Source of the DNA: a virus
Taxonomy: Duplodnaviria; Caudoviricetes
DNA length: 56,306 bases
IMG/VR virus record: IMGVR_UViG_3300025888_000014
Location: 1-56,306 of that record
Reading direction: 5' to 3' (one strand)
Both the position numbers and the translations under genes were made by a program. The notes below the pieces were generated by a model, which saw nothing but the letters and a program-made list of their open reading frames with translations, had not been told where the DNA came from and did not search any database. Positions 1-9,096 of the stretch are shown in pieces (position 1 is the stretch's first letter; every line of letters starts with the position of its first letter).

Positions 1-127
1 GTCGAGGGCCAGCAACGACTTTCAACTTGCGGGATCATACCAGCCCACCGGGAACTACCAGACGGGCAGCCAGCCGCTGAGCAACCTGACGGCTAATCCT
101 TCTTTGTACCAGGCCACGAACACCACG
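1..127 (+). repeat. Exact copy of 55973..56099 (part of the 351-bp fibre repeat; contig break)
   Basis: Base-by-base identity for 127 nt, then divergence (TTGACC vs CTTACC). Confidence 0.95.
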
Positions 128-3100
128 TTGACCCAGTGGTCGACTATCCCGACGAACTACGTGCCGCCGCAATCGGGCCATGCAACCAACTCGGACCTAG
201 CAACCTTGGCGACTACGGCGATCACCAGCACCAACGCACAAACTTCGATGGTATCCAGTAACACCATCGGGCTGACGAACTTGACTGCGGGTTACCTCGT
301 GAAGTCTCTGGGTGGGAGTGTCGTAACTAATTCGCCCATTTATATTAATGGCAGTAGTCTTTTAGTGGGTACAACCAATAGTGATGTCGGCGGGACTTCA
401 GCGGGGTCGATTATTAAACCAGCAGGCCAAATGTATTTAGCAACCTCTAATTCTTCCGCCTGGAATAATTATCAGTTGAGTTTGGACAACCAGAACAACG
501 CTAGCAATTTACCAAATATTGTGTTCGGTAAAAAGGGAAACATTAAAGCGTATATCGGCTCCGAAGGGTTGTTGAATGGGTCTTTGAATGGCCAGTTGAC
601 ATTCGGTTTAATGACTTCCGCCGGGGCGACTGTGGAGAAAATGAGAATGGATAGCAACGGCAGTTGGGGAATGTCAAACACTCTAACCGTTGCTGGAAGC
701 GTTACTGCAAATTCATTGATACTGAATGGTGCTGCTAGTGGTAACGGAACTTTTGCAGTTCCGAATGCGGCGGGTGCTTTGAAATGGGTTTTCCCAAGCA
801 GCGCGGGTTCAAGTGGATACTTTCTGCAAGGAGACGGGGGGCCAGGTGGAGTTGTGACTTTTAGCATGGCTCCAAATATGATCACGACGAATGTGTTTGG
901 ACTTACTTCCATCAATGGTTCTACGAATCCTGCGCAAACATTGGCAGCTGATCCAGGTGTGTCAATTACTACGACCGGGGCAACAACCAGGATTGGCATG
1001 GCTGCATCCGCTTTGACAATGGGCGCTGGGCTTTCGGGCGGGACGTACAACGTGAGTTCAAATGTGACTGCTGCGGTGGTTTTTGGCGTCACGGCCGGCA
1101 CTTCCATCCAGGGCGACGATATTTCTAGGACAAATAACAGGTATCCGACAGACCATTCTGGTAATACAGTCACCAGTGCGGTGGCCCTGGCCACCTTGGC
1201 GACTACAGCGATCACCAGCACCAATGCTTACAACGTCGTTGGTTTGACGAACCTAACGGCGGGTTACCTAGTGAAATCGTTAGGCGGCAGCGTGGTGACT
1301 AACTCACCAGTGTTCACCGATGGAACGAATACCGGCTTTGGGACAATCACACCAGGGTATATTTTAGATGTCAATGGACCAGCAAGAATAGGGTATCCCG
1401 ACTATACATACACTCCACAACCCCTTTCTCTTTTTGGATCTGATGCCGGTATAAGTATTTTTTCAACTAATACTGATGTCGGTGCAGAGTCCTATGTTGC
1501 AGCGTTCATGAAAGATGGGGCTGGTACATACAGGAAAGTAGGAGCGGACGCTTTTCAATGGACGGACCCTAACGTAACCAATGGTTACGCTTCGTGGAAT
1601 GTTCATACAACATCCTTTACAAATGGTGTTACTTCGGATAATTTTGGATTAACAGTCTGGGCAAAACATGGTGCGGCCTTTTTCCCTTCTAGTTTAAGCG
1701 GTTCACTAGCACCCGGATTAAACACACTCAGAATTTATGGTAATAATGCGTGGATGGGTAATGGTAACGAGGGTCAACTCCAGATTTACAGTACTAACAG
1801 TTATGGAAGGCTTTTAATCGGTTACGATACGACAAGTGATTTTGGATTTATTCAACCAGTAAAGATCGGTTCTGGATGGACGAACTTGGTTCTTAATCCA
1901 TCGGGTGGTTATGTTGGCGTCCACAACACGAATCCCGTTGCAAATCTTGATGTTAACGGCACTATGCGTGTCGGTACTGGAGCTGGTTGGGGTTCAATGT
2001 ACCCTTTAGAACTCGTTGGCGATAATGCTGGACTTGCTATAACATCCACAAACACAGCATTGGGCACTGAATCGTACGTAGCATCTTTCATCAAAGACTC
2101 AGCGGGAGCATACAGAAAGCTGGGGGCAATTTCATTTAACTGGGCGGATAATGATGCAGTCGATGGTTATGCTGCATGGAATGTTCACACAACCGTGTTG
2201 AATGCCGGTGTACCAACAGATTTGTACGGTTTGACAGTGTGGGCAAACCACGGGGCGGCCTTTTTTCCAGCCAATCCAACCAGCGCCAGTGCTCCTGGGA
2301 AAGGTGTAGTTAGGTTCAACGGAGATAATAACAACAATGATCTTGGACAAATATTTATTGTGGGTACGACAGATGTAAACCAAAGGTTAACCTTAGGATA
2401 TAATACTACAAGTGATTATGGATTTTTAGCGGCATACAAGACTGGATCTGGCTATAAACCTCTAGTGCTGAGTCCGGATGGTGGTGGTGTAGGGATTGGC
2501 ACGACGCCGACGGCTGTGTTTCACACAAAACCTGCAACTGGAACGATTACTGGATTATCAAATGCAGTTTCAAATGCGTCGGCCTTTTTTGAATCTGGAT
2601 CATCAACATGGGGGTTAGCAGTTGGTTATCTTCCAACCGTAGTAATGGGTTTGCAAGTAGTGGATAAAGCACAGACTGGAAGTTCCACACTTGCCCTTAA
2701 TCCATACGGTGGGAATGTGATTGTCTCGAATAATCTAGCCGTGGCTGGAACGATCACTGGTTCGATAGCTGGGAGTAACATTACCAGCGCGGTATCAAAT
2801 GCGACTACGGCGACCAGTTCAACCTACGCCGGGATTGCGACGAACTTGTTGGGTGGCGAGCTTGATCCGGGATTCACGGCAGTCAGCAATCTATTTGCAC
2901 CCAAAGCAGCCCCTAAATTCACGGGACTAATTACCATTGGCGGAAACAGGTTTGGTTCTATGTATGCGGGAGATAATTATTATTATGCCGGTTCGAACTC
3001 GTTTGTAGTCGAGAACTGGTTGGGGACTCATGATATTTTTACCGTACTCAGCAACGGTAATGCTACGTTTACGGGAACCATAACTGCGCCCACGGTGGTA

Positions 3101-5209
3101 TCTACCAACCTGGTTGGCAATGCTACCATGGCTACCAACGCGAACCTGGCCACGCTGGCGACGACGGCCATAACCTCGACCAACTCTTACAACGTCGTTG
3201 GTTTGACGAACCTAACGGCGGGTTACCTAGTGAAATCGTTAGGCGGCAGCGTGGTGACTAACTCACCAGTGTTCACCGATGGAACGAATACAGGATTCGG
3301 GACTGTCACGCCGGGGGCGATGATACAAGTCAATGGTACGAGTGCTTTGTATGGCGATATTAATGCCGGATCGTCCGCATTGTTAAACACGTCCACTGCG
3401 GTGAACGGCACGGGTGGAGGCAGTCGGCAGTTTGACGCTTCATTTACAGGAGCAAGTGCAACCGGGTTCACCGGAACGGATTCATCGGATTCCGCACGCG
3501 GTTATTTTCCTGTGACCATCGTGGCCGGAAGGTGGTATAGAATATCGGCGACAACAGTCACGACTAATAGTAATCTCACAACTCTGTTCACAGCTACCGG
3601 ACTTAATTATGTGTTGAACACGGTTGAATCAATTGCAATTCCCGCAGTGTCCGGCACGGTTTATGATTTCCACGCGACCGGAAACGCATCTTACATTGGA
3701 TTCGCCATGACATATACGAGCGGAACAATGTCATTGGTTGTTTCCAACTTCTCGATTGTGGAACTTGGAACTACACTGGTAACCAGTCTCGGAAACGTGG
3801 GAATGTCAAATAACCTCACCGTGGCGAGCAACATCTACGCTGCGAACCTCGGCACCATCGCGAGCCGTGGCAGCAATGAGTACGCTCTGGTGAGTCATAG
3901 CAATGCATGGAGTACAATCACCGGCATTCCGATCTTCACGGATGGAATGGCTATCGGAATCGGCACGACGAACCTATGGAACACGCTAGTAGTCAGTGAT
4001 GGTACTGAAAAGAACATTGAGTTTGTTACTGGAAGTTCGCCGGGCATATTGAGTTATGATAGAATAGCGGACACGTATCTTCCATTAGACTTTTACGCTT
4101 CTGGCGCAACTCCAACACTTCACCTAAACACCAATGGCAACGCGACATTTGCGGGTGTAGTGACTGCTCCATCTCTGACTTTAACTGGCTTGAGTTCAGG
4201 CACGGACACGAACTTTCTGACGATTGACGGCTCTGGCGTGGTGCATTATCGAGTCGGCGGCGTGAATGGAACCAACGGTTTACCGGGAGCCAAGGGTGAT
4301 AAAGGGGATACCGGGAATACGGGAGCGGCAGGAACCAACGGTGTGGGAATTGCTGGAACCAACGGTTTGAACGGGACCAACGGATTAGCAGGAGTCAAGG
4401 GCGACAAGGGGGATACGGGAAACACAGGACTGTCCGGGACCAATGGACTTTCGGGAACCAATGGGCTGGCTGGATCGCCAGGATTGAATGGCACGAACGG
4501 AATTAACGGGACCAATGGTTTAACCGGTTCTCAAGGCGTTTCCGGCACGAATGGACTTGCTGGTTTGAATGGTACGAACGGCATGGCGGGTTCTCCGGGT
4601 GCGGCGGGAACTAATGGATTGGCGGGCTTGAATGGGACCAATGGCCTGCCTGGCGCTACGGGCGCGGCTGGCACCAACGGCCTGAACGGGGTCGGCATGA
4701 CCAACATCATAAACAAGGGGAATACCAACTATTCGCTCGTGTCTGGAAGTAATGGGGTTTTGAGCCTCAGCGCAGAGGACAGCAGTATTACCCTGACCAG
4801 CCAGGGGACAAACATCGCAATTCGAGCAAACTCGACGGGAACGGGCGTTAGCGGATACGCTATTAAATGGACAGGTTCCACGACTTATAATTATTACACT
4901 GCGGCACTTGATGTATCTGGGGTTACAGTTCTAATAATAACAAACCAATCATCATATTTCACTGTCAGCGGCATAGCCGGTGGGTTTGCTGGACGAATGG
5001 TAAAAATTATGAACATGTCTAACGGGGATGTTACCTTTAACCATTTGGGTCATAGTAACACAGGTGATGGATTCAGTCCCGAACCTTCAACAGTAAATTC
5101 AATTGTTCAGTGGGGGTCGGTGCTTGAATATGATGTCTTAGGAAACGGATATTCCAGAGAACTAATCCATAATGGTACTAACTGGGTGGAATTTGTCGGA
5201 ACATATTAA
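2..5209 (+). CDS. Giant tail fibre/adhesin-like protein, C-terminal part (5' end lies at 55437..56306)
   Basis: Frame is open from position 2 (TCG AGG GCC...), upstream of the track's TTG at 104. It is T/N/G/S-rich with fibre-type VGIGTT-like motifs, a duplicated ~190-aa domain and a collagen G-X-Y tract. Its first residues continue the repeat unit of the ORF at the window end. Confidence 0.8.
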   Translation, partial: SRASNDFQLAGSYQPTGNYQTGSQPLSNLTANPSLYQATNTTLTQWSTIPTNYVPPQSGHATNSDLATLATTAITSTNAQTSMVSSNTIGLTNLTAGYLVKSLGGSVVTNSPIYINGSSLLVGTTNSDVGGTSAGSIIKPAGQMYLATSNSSAWNNYQLSLDNQNNASNLPNIVFGKKGNIKAYIGSEGLLNGSLNGQLTFGLMTSAGATVEKMRMDSNGSWGMSNTLTVAGSVTANSLILNGAASGNGTFAVPNAAGALKWVFPSSAGSSGYFLQGDGGPGGVVTFSMAPNMITTNVFGLTSINGSTNPAQTLAADPGVSITTTGATTRIGMAASALTMGAGLSGGTYNVSSNVTAAVVFGVTAGTSIQGDDISRTNNRYPTDHSGNTVTSAVALATLATTAITSTNAYNVVGLTNLTAGYLVKSLGGSVVTNSPVFTDGTNTGFGTITPGYILDVNGPARIGYPDYTYTPQPLSLFGSDAGISIFSTNTDVGAESYVAAFMKDGAGTYRKVGADAFQWTDPNVTNGYASWNVHTTSFTNGVTSDNFGLTVWAKHGAAFFPSSLSGSLAPGLNTLRIYGNNAWMGNGNEGQLQIYSTNSYGRLLIGYDTTSDFGFIQPVKIGSGWTNLVLNPSGGYVGVHNTNPVANLDVNGTMRVGTGAGWGSMYPLELVGDNAGLAITSTNTALGTESYVASFIKDSAGAYRKLGAISFNWADNDAVDGYAAWNVHTTVLNAGVPTDLYGLTVWANHGAAFFPANPTSASAPGKGVVRFNGDNNNNDLGQIFIVGTTDVNQRLTLGYNTTSDYGFLAAYKTGSGYKPLVLSPDGGGVGIGTTPTAVFHTKPATGTITGLSNAVSNASAFFESGSSTWGLAVGYLPTVVMGLQVVDKAQTGSSTLALNPYGGNVIVSNNLAVAGTITGSIAGSNITSAVSNATTATSSTYAGIATNLLGGELDPGFTAVSNLFAPKAAPKFTGLITIGGNRFGSMYAGDNYYYAGSNSFVVENWLGTHDIFTVLSNGNATFTGTITAPTVVSTNLVGNATMATNANLATLATTAITSTNSYNVVGLTNLTAGYLVKSLGGSVVTNSPVFTDGTNTGFGTVTPGAMIQVNGTSALYGDINAGSSALLNTSTAVNGTGGGSRQFDASFTGASATGFTGTDSSDSARGYFPVTIVAGRWYRISATTVTTNSNLTTLFTATGLNYVLNTVESIAIPAVSGTVYDFHATGNASYIGFAMTYTSGTMSLVVSNFSIVELGTTLVTSLGNVGMSNNLTVASNIYAANLGTIASRGSNEYALVSHSNAWSTITGIPIFTDGMAIGIGTTNLWNTLVVSDGTEKNIEFVTGSSPGILSYDRIADTYLPLDFYASGATPTLHLNTNGNATFAGVVTAPSLTLTGLSSGTDTNFLTIDGSGVVHYRVGGVNGTNGLPGAKGDKGDTGNTGAAGTNGVGIAGTNGLNGTNGLAGVKGDKGDTGNTGLSGTNGLSGTNGLAGSPGLNGTNGINGTNGLTGSQGVSGTNGLAGLNGTNGMAGSPGAAGTNGLAGLNGTNGLPGATGAAGTNGLNGVGMTNIINKGNTNYSLVSGSNGVLSLSAEDSSITLTSQGTNIAIRANSTGTGVSGYAIKWTGSTTYNYYTAALDVSGVTVLIITNQSSYFTVSGIAGGFAGRMVKIMNMSNGDVTFNHLGHSNTGDGFSPEPSTVNSIVQWGSVLEYDVLGNGYSRELIHNGTNWVEFVGTY
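1227..1332 (+). repeat. 106-bp exact direct repeat within the fibre gene (second copy 3186..3291; diverged third copy ~270..340)
   Basis: Identical DNA encoding YNVVGLTNLTAGYLVKSLGGSVVTNSPVFTDGTN; preceded in all three copies by LATLATTAITSTN. Confidence 0.9.
4259..4696 (+). repeat. Collagen-like (G-X-Y)n tract dominated by GTN triplets
   Basis: GVNGTNGLPGAKGDKGDTG...GAAGTNGLNGVG in the translation. Confidence 0.9.
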
Positions 5210-5236
5210 CCACAACTCAGGACGAAAGATAAAATT

Positions 5237-5686
5237 ATGGGACGCACGTTTATAAAAGCCTACGGGCAAGTGATTTATAGGGGACTGTCAATAGCACTGT
5301 CGCTATTGATAGCGGGAATAATACTTTACCTTAACAGCAACTATGTAAACATAAAAGAGTATAAGGCCGAACAGGCCATAATCCGAACTGATTTAGTCGA
5401 GCAACAGAAAGAAGTTAGGGCGAGTTTAACTGCACAACAAACAACTATTAAATCGGATTTACAGAGCCAACAAGTATCAATTAAATCCGATTTACAATCT
5501 CAGCAAGTGCTGCTTGGTGCCAATTTGATTGAATTCCAGAATAAAAACACCGGAGAGCACCTTGAATTTTACAAAATTCTCGCGGGAATAAATCAGACAT
5601 TGGCGGTGATAAACGAACAGAATAAGCGGCTTGCCGACCATGAAGACAGACTGCGCATCTTAGAAAAAGGCAAACCGCAACCTTGA
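5237..5686 (+). CDS. Membrane-anchored coiled-coil protein (holin/i-spanin-like)
   Basis: One N-terminal TM helix (LSIALSLLIAGIILYL), 11-aa repeats (IKSDLQSQQVS/L) and C-terminal LADHEDRLRILEK; lies directly after the fibre gene. Confidence 0.55.
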   Translation: MGRTFIKAYGQVIYRGLSIALSLLIAGIILYLNSNYVNIKEYKAEQAIIRTDLVEQQKEVRASLTAQQTTIKSDLQSQQVSIKSDLQSQQVLLGANLIEFQNKNTGEHLEFYKILAGINQTLAVINEQNKRLADHEDRLRILEKGKPQP

Positions 5687-5710
5687 CAACTTCTTTCGAA
5701 GAACGATATT
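5683..5710 (+). promoter_or_regulatory. Putative sigma70 promoter, leaderless geometry
   Basis: TTGACA(5683)-N16-GATATT-N6-ATG(5717); the -10 box is weak. Confidence 0.4.
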
Positions 5711-5716
5711 CAAAAT

Positions 5717-6118
5717 ATGACGCCAGAACTTAGGAACGGAATCATCGCTGGTCTTTGCCGAACGCTGGTCGTTTATATCGCTGCCCGGTTATCCATCGGC
5801 GCGCTGGACCAGGGACACCTTGACCAGGTGGTTGCCGCTATGACAGTCGTGGTGTTCGCCGGTTATTCAGCATTCGCCAAATGGCGGGCGAGTAAGAAAG
5901 CGGCCGTAAAGGTTGAGAATCTGCAAACCGTCGTGGACACCAAGGTCGCCGAAACCCAGGTGCTCCGGGCCGCGGTCGCCGATAGCCAGGCGGAAACCGT
6001 CGTCATGATTGACGCCCTGGTCCAAGCCAAGGCGCCCATCCCCGAACTCCTGCCGACCCAAAAACTGGCCAGCATCGTGGATCCCGCGGCTGTCCTCCCC
6101 AATCTCGGTAAACCGTAA
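5717..6118 (+). CDS. Putative holin-like membrane protein
   Basis: Two hydrophobic segments, then basic KWRASKK and a helical tail; within the membrane/lipoprotein cluster. Confidence 0.5.
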   Translation: MTPELRNGIIAGLCRTLVVYIAARLSIGALDQGHLDQVVAAMTVVVFAGYSAFAKWRASKKAAVKVENLQTVVDTKVAETQVLRAAVADSQAETVVMIDALVQAKAPIPELLPTQKLASIVDPAAVLPNLGKP

Positions 6119-6131
6119 ACCAAAAACCAAA

Positions 6132-6446
6132 ATGTACACACCCCCCGCAAAACCAGTAATCGCACCTAAACAAGACCTGCCATGCGCCACCGGTCCATTA
6201 GGGTCGCAACCAGCGCCCATCTACCAGCCAGGTCCTAAACCTGCGCCTCCCGTTGCATCCCCCGTGGCCAACGCGCCCTACAACCCCGCGCCCACCGTCG
6301 CCTCGTTGACCAGCGATCTGTCGAAAGCGACGTTGACCATTTCCCAGGCATCTCTAGCGCTGGGATTCACCGGCCCGGCTCGCGACTTTCTCGCGTTCGC
6401 CCAGGCTCTAGCGGTCGAACTCAAAACGCTCCGTGCGAAAAAGTAA
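6132..6446 (+). CDS. Pro-rich hypothetical protein
   Basis: ATG at 6132 after an A/C-rich leader; MYTPPAKPVIAPK...; in frame with track ORF 6009..6446. Confidence 0.6.
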   Translation: MYTPPAKPVIAPKQDLPCATGPLGSQPAPIYQPGPKPAPPVASPVANAPYNPAPTVASLTSDLSKATLTISQASLALGFTGPARDFLAFAQALAVELKTLRAKK

Positions 6447-6464
6447 CCCTAAACCCCAAACAGT

Positions 6465-6602
6465 ATGACGAAAATCAAATTGATAATCGGAATCGTCCTT
6501 TGTGGCGCATTCCTTGCCGCCTGTTCCTCAACCCCTCAACCCACGCCGCCCATCGTCTGGCCGCCCATCGCGGATGCCCCGTGCGCCGTACCGGCCAAAT
6601 AA
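6465..6602 (+). CDS. 45-aa Pro-rich lipoprotein, o-spanin (Rz1)-like; absent from the ORF track
   Basis: MTKIKLIIGIVLCGAFLAA-CSSTPQPTPPIVWPPIADAPCAVPAK; LAAC lipobox. Confidence 0.7.
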   Translation: MTKIKLIIGIVLCGAFLAACSSTPQPTPPIVWPPIADAPCAVPAK

Positions 6603-6615
6603 ACGAACCAAATCT

Positions 6616-7020
6616 ATGAACAAAAAAATCCTAACTCCATTCGCCGCGGCCATTGCGATCGCGGCGTGCCTGTTCCTCATATCCACCACGCCGGGCTGTA
6701 ACACGCCCCAGCGGACGGCCTACGTCGCCGTAGGTGTAACTCAATCCCTGGCCGTCGGCGCCATGAACGGTTGGGGCGACTGGGTACGGGCCGGTCGCGC
6801 CACGGATGCTGACCAAGTTGCCGTGCGCCAAGCGTGGGAACGCTACCAGGGTGCCGTGCGCGTCGCCCATTCGGTGGAACTCAGCTTGCAGACTTCGATA
6901 GCGACCACTGATCCGGTCTGGCTTCAAGTCACGGCCGCTGTCGGTGCATCGTCCGACGAGTTGATCGCTCTGATTAAATCCCTAACCTCCACTCCAAAAC
7001 CAATAACCCCAGGAACCTAA
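6616..7020 (+). CDS. Lipoprotein, helical (possible spanin component)
   Basis: MNKK + hydrophobic core + TPG-C putative lipobox; ATG 6616 in frame with track ORF 6502. Confidence 0.65.
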   Translation: MNKKILTPFAAAIAIAACLFLISTTPGCNTPQRTAYVAVGVTQSLAVGAMNGWGDWVRAGRATDADQVAVRQAWERYQGAVRVAHSVELSLQTSIATTDPVWLQVTAAVGASSDELIALIKSLTSTPKPITPGT

Positions 7021-7211
7021 TGCCTCCCGGAACTCTAGAAATAGCCCTACTAATCGGTCAAGCTCTTATGAAATACGGGCCTGACGTAGCTCGTCAGATT
7101 CAGTTGCTTTTCACCAAAACCAACCCGACGGCCGCAGATTGGGAAGTGGTTTTTGCGCTGTCCGAGAAAACCTACGATCAGTTTGTCGCGCCGCTGTCCA
7201 AGCTGCCGTGA
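7020..7211 (+). CDS. Small amphipathic hypothetical protein
   Basis: TAATG overlap with the upstream gene. Confidence 0.65.
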   Translation: MPPGTLEIALLIGQALMKYGPDVARQIQLLFTKTNPTAADWEVVFALSEKTYDQFVAPLSKLP

Positions 7212-7786
7212 AATCTTTAAAACCCAAAACTCCAATCAAGCGCGGGTCGCGCCCGCGTCATTCGTTTGAGGTCCGCCGGTGGGCAGAGAATTCCCCTCCG
7301 GCGGACGTGTCGTGCAAACCAATGAAACGCATAAATCTCAGCGGTGGCAATAATGCAGCGCCAACCAGTAAGTCCAACGCCGCAATCGGCATTCTAAAGG
7401 CAAGGGGTTGGACGGTTGCGGTATCGAAATCAAGGAAACGTTACGGCTTTGGGAAATGCCCCGCTTGCCACAAATCACTGACCAAAACCTATGCCCGCAG
7501 TCTCTCGCCGTTGCAATGGTCAAACCTACAAACTGCATATTGGAGGGACGCTTGGCACTGTGAATGGGCCGCGCACCGAGAGCTTCTTAGGAAGATAAAT
7601 GCCCCAAAAAACGGTATCGCCACACACCAGGAATCCATCGCCGCGCTCCGCAGAGGGGCTAAAGCGTTCGGGCGAAAGGTGGGCATTTCATTGTTCAAGA
7701 AACACGATCCGCTGGAGCGAATTTACTGGCAGAAATGGTGCGCTTTGGATGAAGCAGCAGATTATCTCGCCTGCCTGAAGAAATGA
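7208..7786 (+). CDS. Basic hypothetical protein with CxxC
   Basis: GTGA overlap with the upstream stop; CPACH motif; start uncertain. Confidence 0.45.
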   Translation: MKSLKPKTPIKRGSRPRHSFEVRRWAENSPPADVSCKPMKRINLSGGNNAAPTSKSNAAIGILKARGWTVAVSKSRKRYGFGKCPACHKSLTKTYARSLSPLQWSNLQTAYWRDAWHCEWAAHRELLRKINAPKNGIATHQESIAALRRGAKAFGRKVGISLFKKHDPLERIYWQKWCALDEAADYLACLKK

Positions 7787-7896
7787 TTCCGCTCCCCAAA
7801 AAGCCATTCCCCAAGATCGTTGACTTCGCCGTCGTCCTGGCTGCTATGATGGCCCTCGTCTATTTCCTCATGTACCTTGCCGGCGTCAACCCGTAG
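7783..7896 (+). CDS. 37-aa single-TM peptide
   Basis: ATGA overlap; MIPLPKKPFPKIVDFAVVLAAMMALVYFLMYLAGVNP. Confidence 0.5.
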   Translation: MIPLPKKPFPKIVDFAVVLAAMMALVYFLMYLAGVNP

Positions 7897-7981
7897 CCTA
7901 GTTTTCTTCAACGCCCGACTTCATTTTATGACCAATTGCAAATCGTTTGCAGTTGTGGTTGAAAATAACTTAAATTATTGT

Positions 7982-8010
7982 TTGACACGGGATGCTTAAT
8001 AATTTACTTT
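7982..8010 (+). promoter_or_regulatory. sigma70 promoter of the early/replication operon, leaderless
   Basis: TTGACA(7982)-N17-TACTTT(8005)-N6-ATG(8017), with AT-rich upstream sequence. Confidence 0.7.
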
Positions 8011-8016
8011 CGCGTC

Positions 8017-8175
8017 ATGGCAAATATTCCAGTTTCGCAGAACGAACCAAAACAGTGGACGTTTGAACCCAACATTACCGTGCGGGAAAAGGTCAAGGAG
8101 ATCATGGTAAAAACAAAACTCAAGCGAACACCCATTCTCAACCGCCTCTGCGAAACTGGACGATTGAAAGGCTGA
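8017..8175 (+). CDS. Small ribbon-helix-helix (Arc/CopG-like) DNA-binding protein
   Basis: 52 aa; strand-helix-helix pattern QWTFEP...VREKVKEIMVKTKLKRTPILNRLC; first gene after the promoter. Confidence 0.5.
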   Translation: MANIPVSQNEPKQWTFEPNITVREKVKEIMVKTKLKRTPILNRLCETGRLKG

Positions 8176-8177
8176 CC

Positions 8178-8417
8178 ATGTTTACCCTATACCTCAGCGC
8201 ATTGATTTGTGCGATCGCCATAATAATCTGGCTCGTCCTATGGACCTGCATCAAACAGAAAGCGATCTGGTGGAAATGCTCATGGTGCCATTGGTACTTT
8301 TCAAGCGATGGCGCTTTGGTACCATACCGGCATTTATCCGATGCGTCAGACCCAGTGAGCCACGGAATCTGCCCGGCGTGCGCCCGAAAGATCGAAGAAA
8401 GCGAAAAGCTAAAATAA
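8178..8417 (+). CDS. TM-anchored zinc-ribbon protein
   Basis: N-terminal TM, CSWC...SHGICPAC. Confidence 0.65.
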   Translation: MFTLYLSALICAIAIIIWLVLWTCIKQKAIWWKCSWCHWYFSSDGALVPYRHLSDASDPVSHGICPACARKIEESEKLK

Positions 8418-8640
8418 TTTCCTGGCAGCCAGAGTGTGTCGTCAGAACGCTCAAGCTAAAAACACTCAACCGGGCTTGCAAAGACGGGGCTGCCGGGGAT
8501 TCAATTTCTGATCGAAACCAAAGCAATTAGTGACACCCATTTAACAAAATGCGTTTCTATCTTTCTAATCGCGGAGGTTTTCGCTTCCGCTGATTGGCGG
8601 GGCCGATCAGATCAATCACAGTAAAACAAAACCAAAACCT

Positions 8641-9090
8641 ATGGCAAAGAAAACAAATAAATTCGACGCTCCCAGCGAGGGAGTAAAAGCCGGTGCGCCG
8701 GGCGATGAAACGCCCGTGGTAATTTCGGAGGGAAATCCGAAGCCGGTAAAGTTCAAAAAGAACGGCGATCCGTTCAAAGTTCGTGGGCCAAGCGGGCCGC
8801 GCACGGTCAACCCGAAAATCGAGGCATTCAAGAAAACACAGAAGGATGCCTTGGAAGCATTCGTGACTGACCAAAAGGGTAAACGCTGTTTTTTCATGCG
8901 GGATCTACGTGTCGAATCCGACGCGGCCAAGTTACAGGCCAGGATGGAAAAGACGTGCCAGAGACTATCTCCGGTGCAGTTGGGATGGTTGGATAAACAG
9001 GCCGAAAAGAGGCTCGCCGAAAAAGCGGCCAAGGCGAATGCCCTTCATCCCGATCCTGTGCCGGAAGAACAGCAAAACGACCAACCCTAA
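8641..9090 (+). CDS. Hypothetical protein
   Basis: 149-aa ORF after an A/C-rich leader. Confidence 0.7.
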   Translation: MAKKTNKFDAPSEGVKAGAPGDETPVVISEGNPKPVKFKKNGDPFKVRGPSGPRTVNPKIEAFKKTQKDALEAFVTDQKGKRCFFMRDLRVESDAAKLQARMEKTCQRLSPVQLGWLDKQAEKRLAEKAAKANALHPDPVPEEQQNDQP

Positions 9091-9096
9091 CATCAT

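Noticed and set aside
1-127. Biological direct terminal repeat
   Set aside because: The match is to an internal coding tandem repeat, and the 127-nt length at both ends points to an assembly k-mer.
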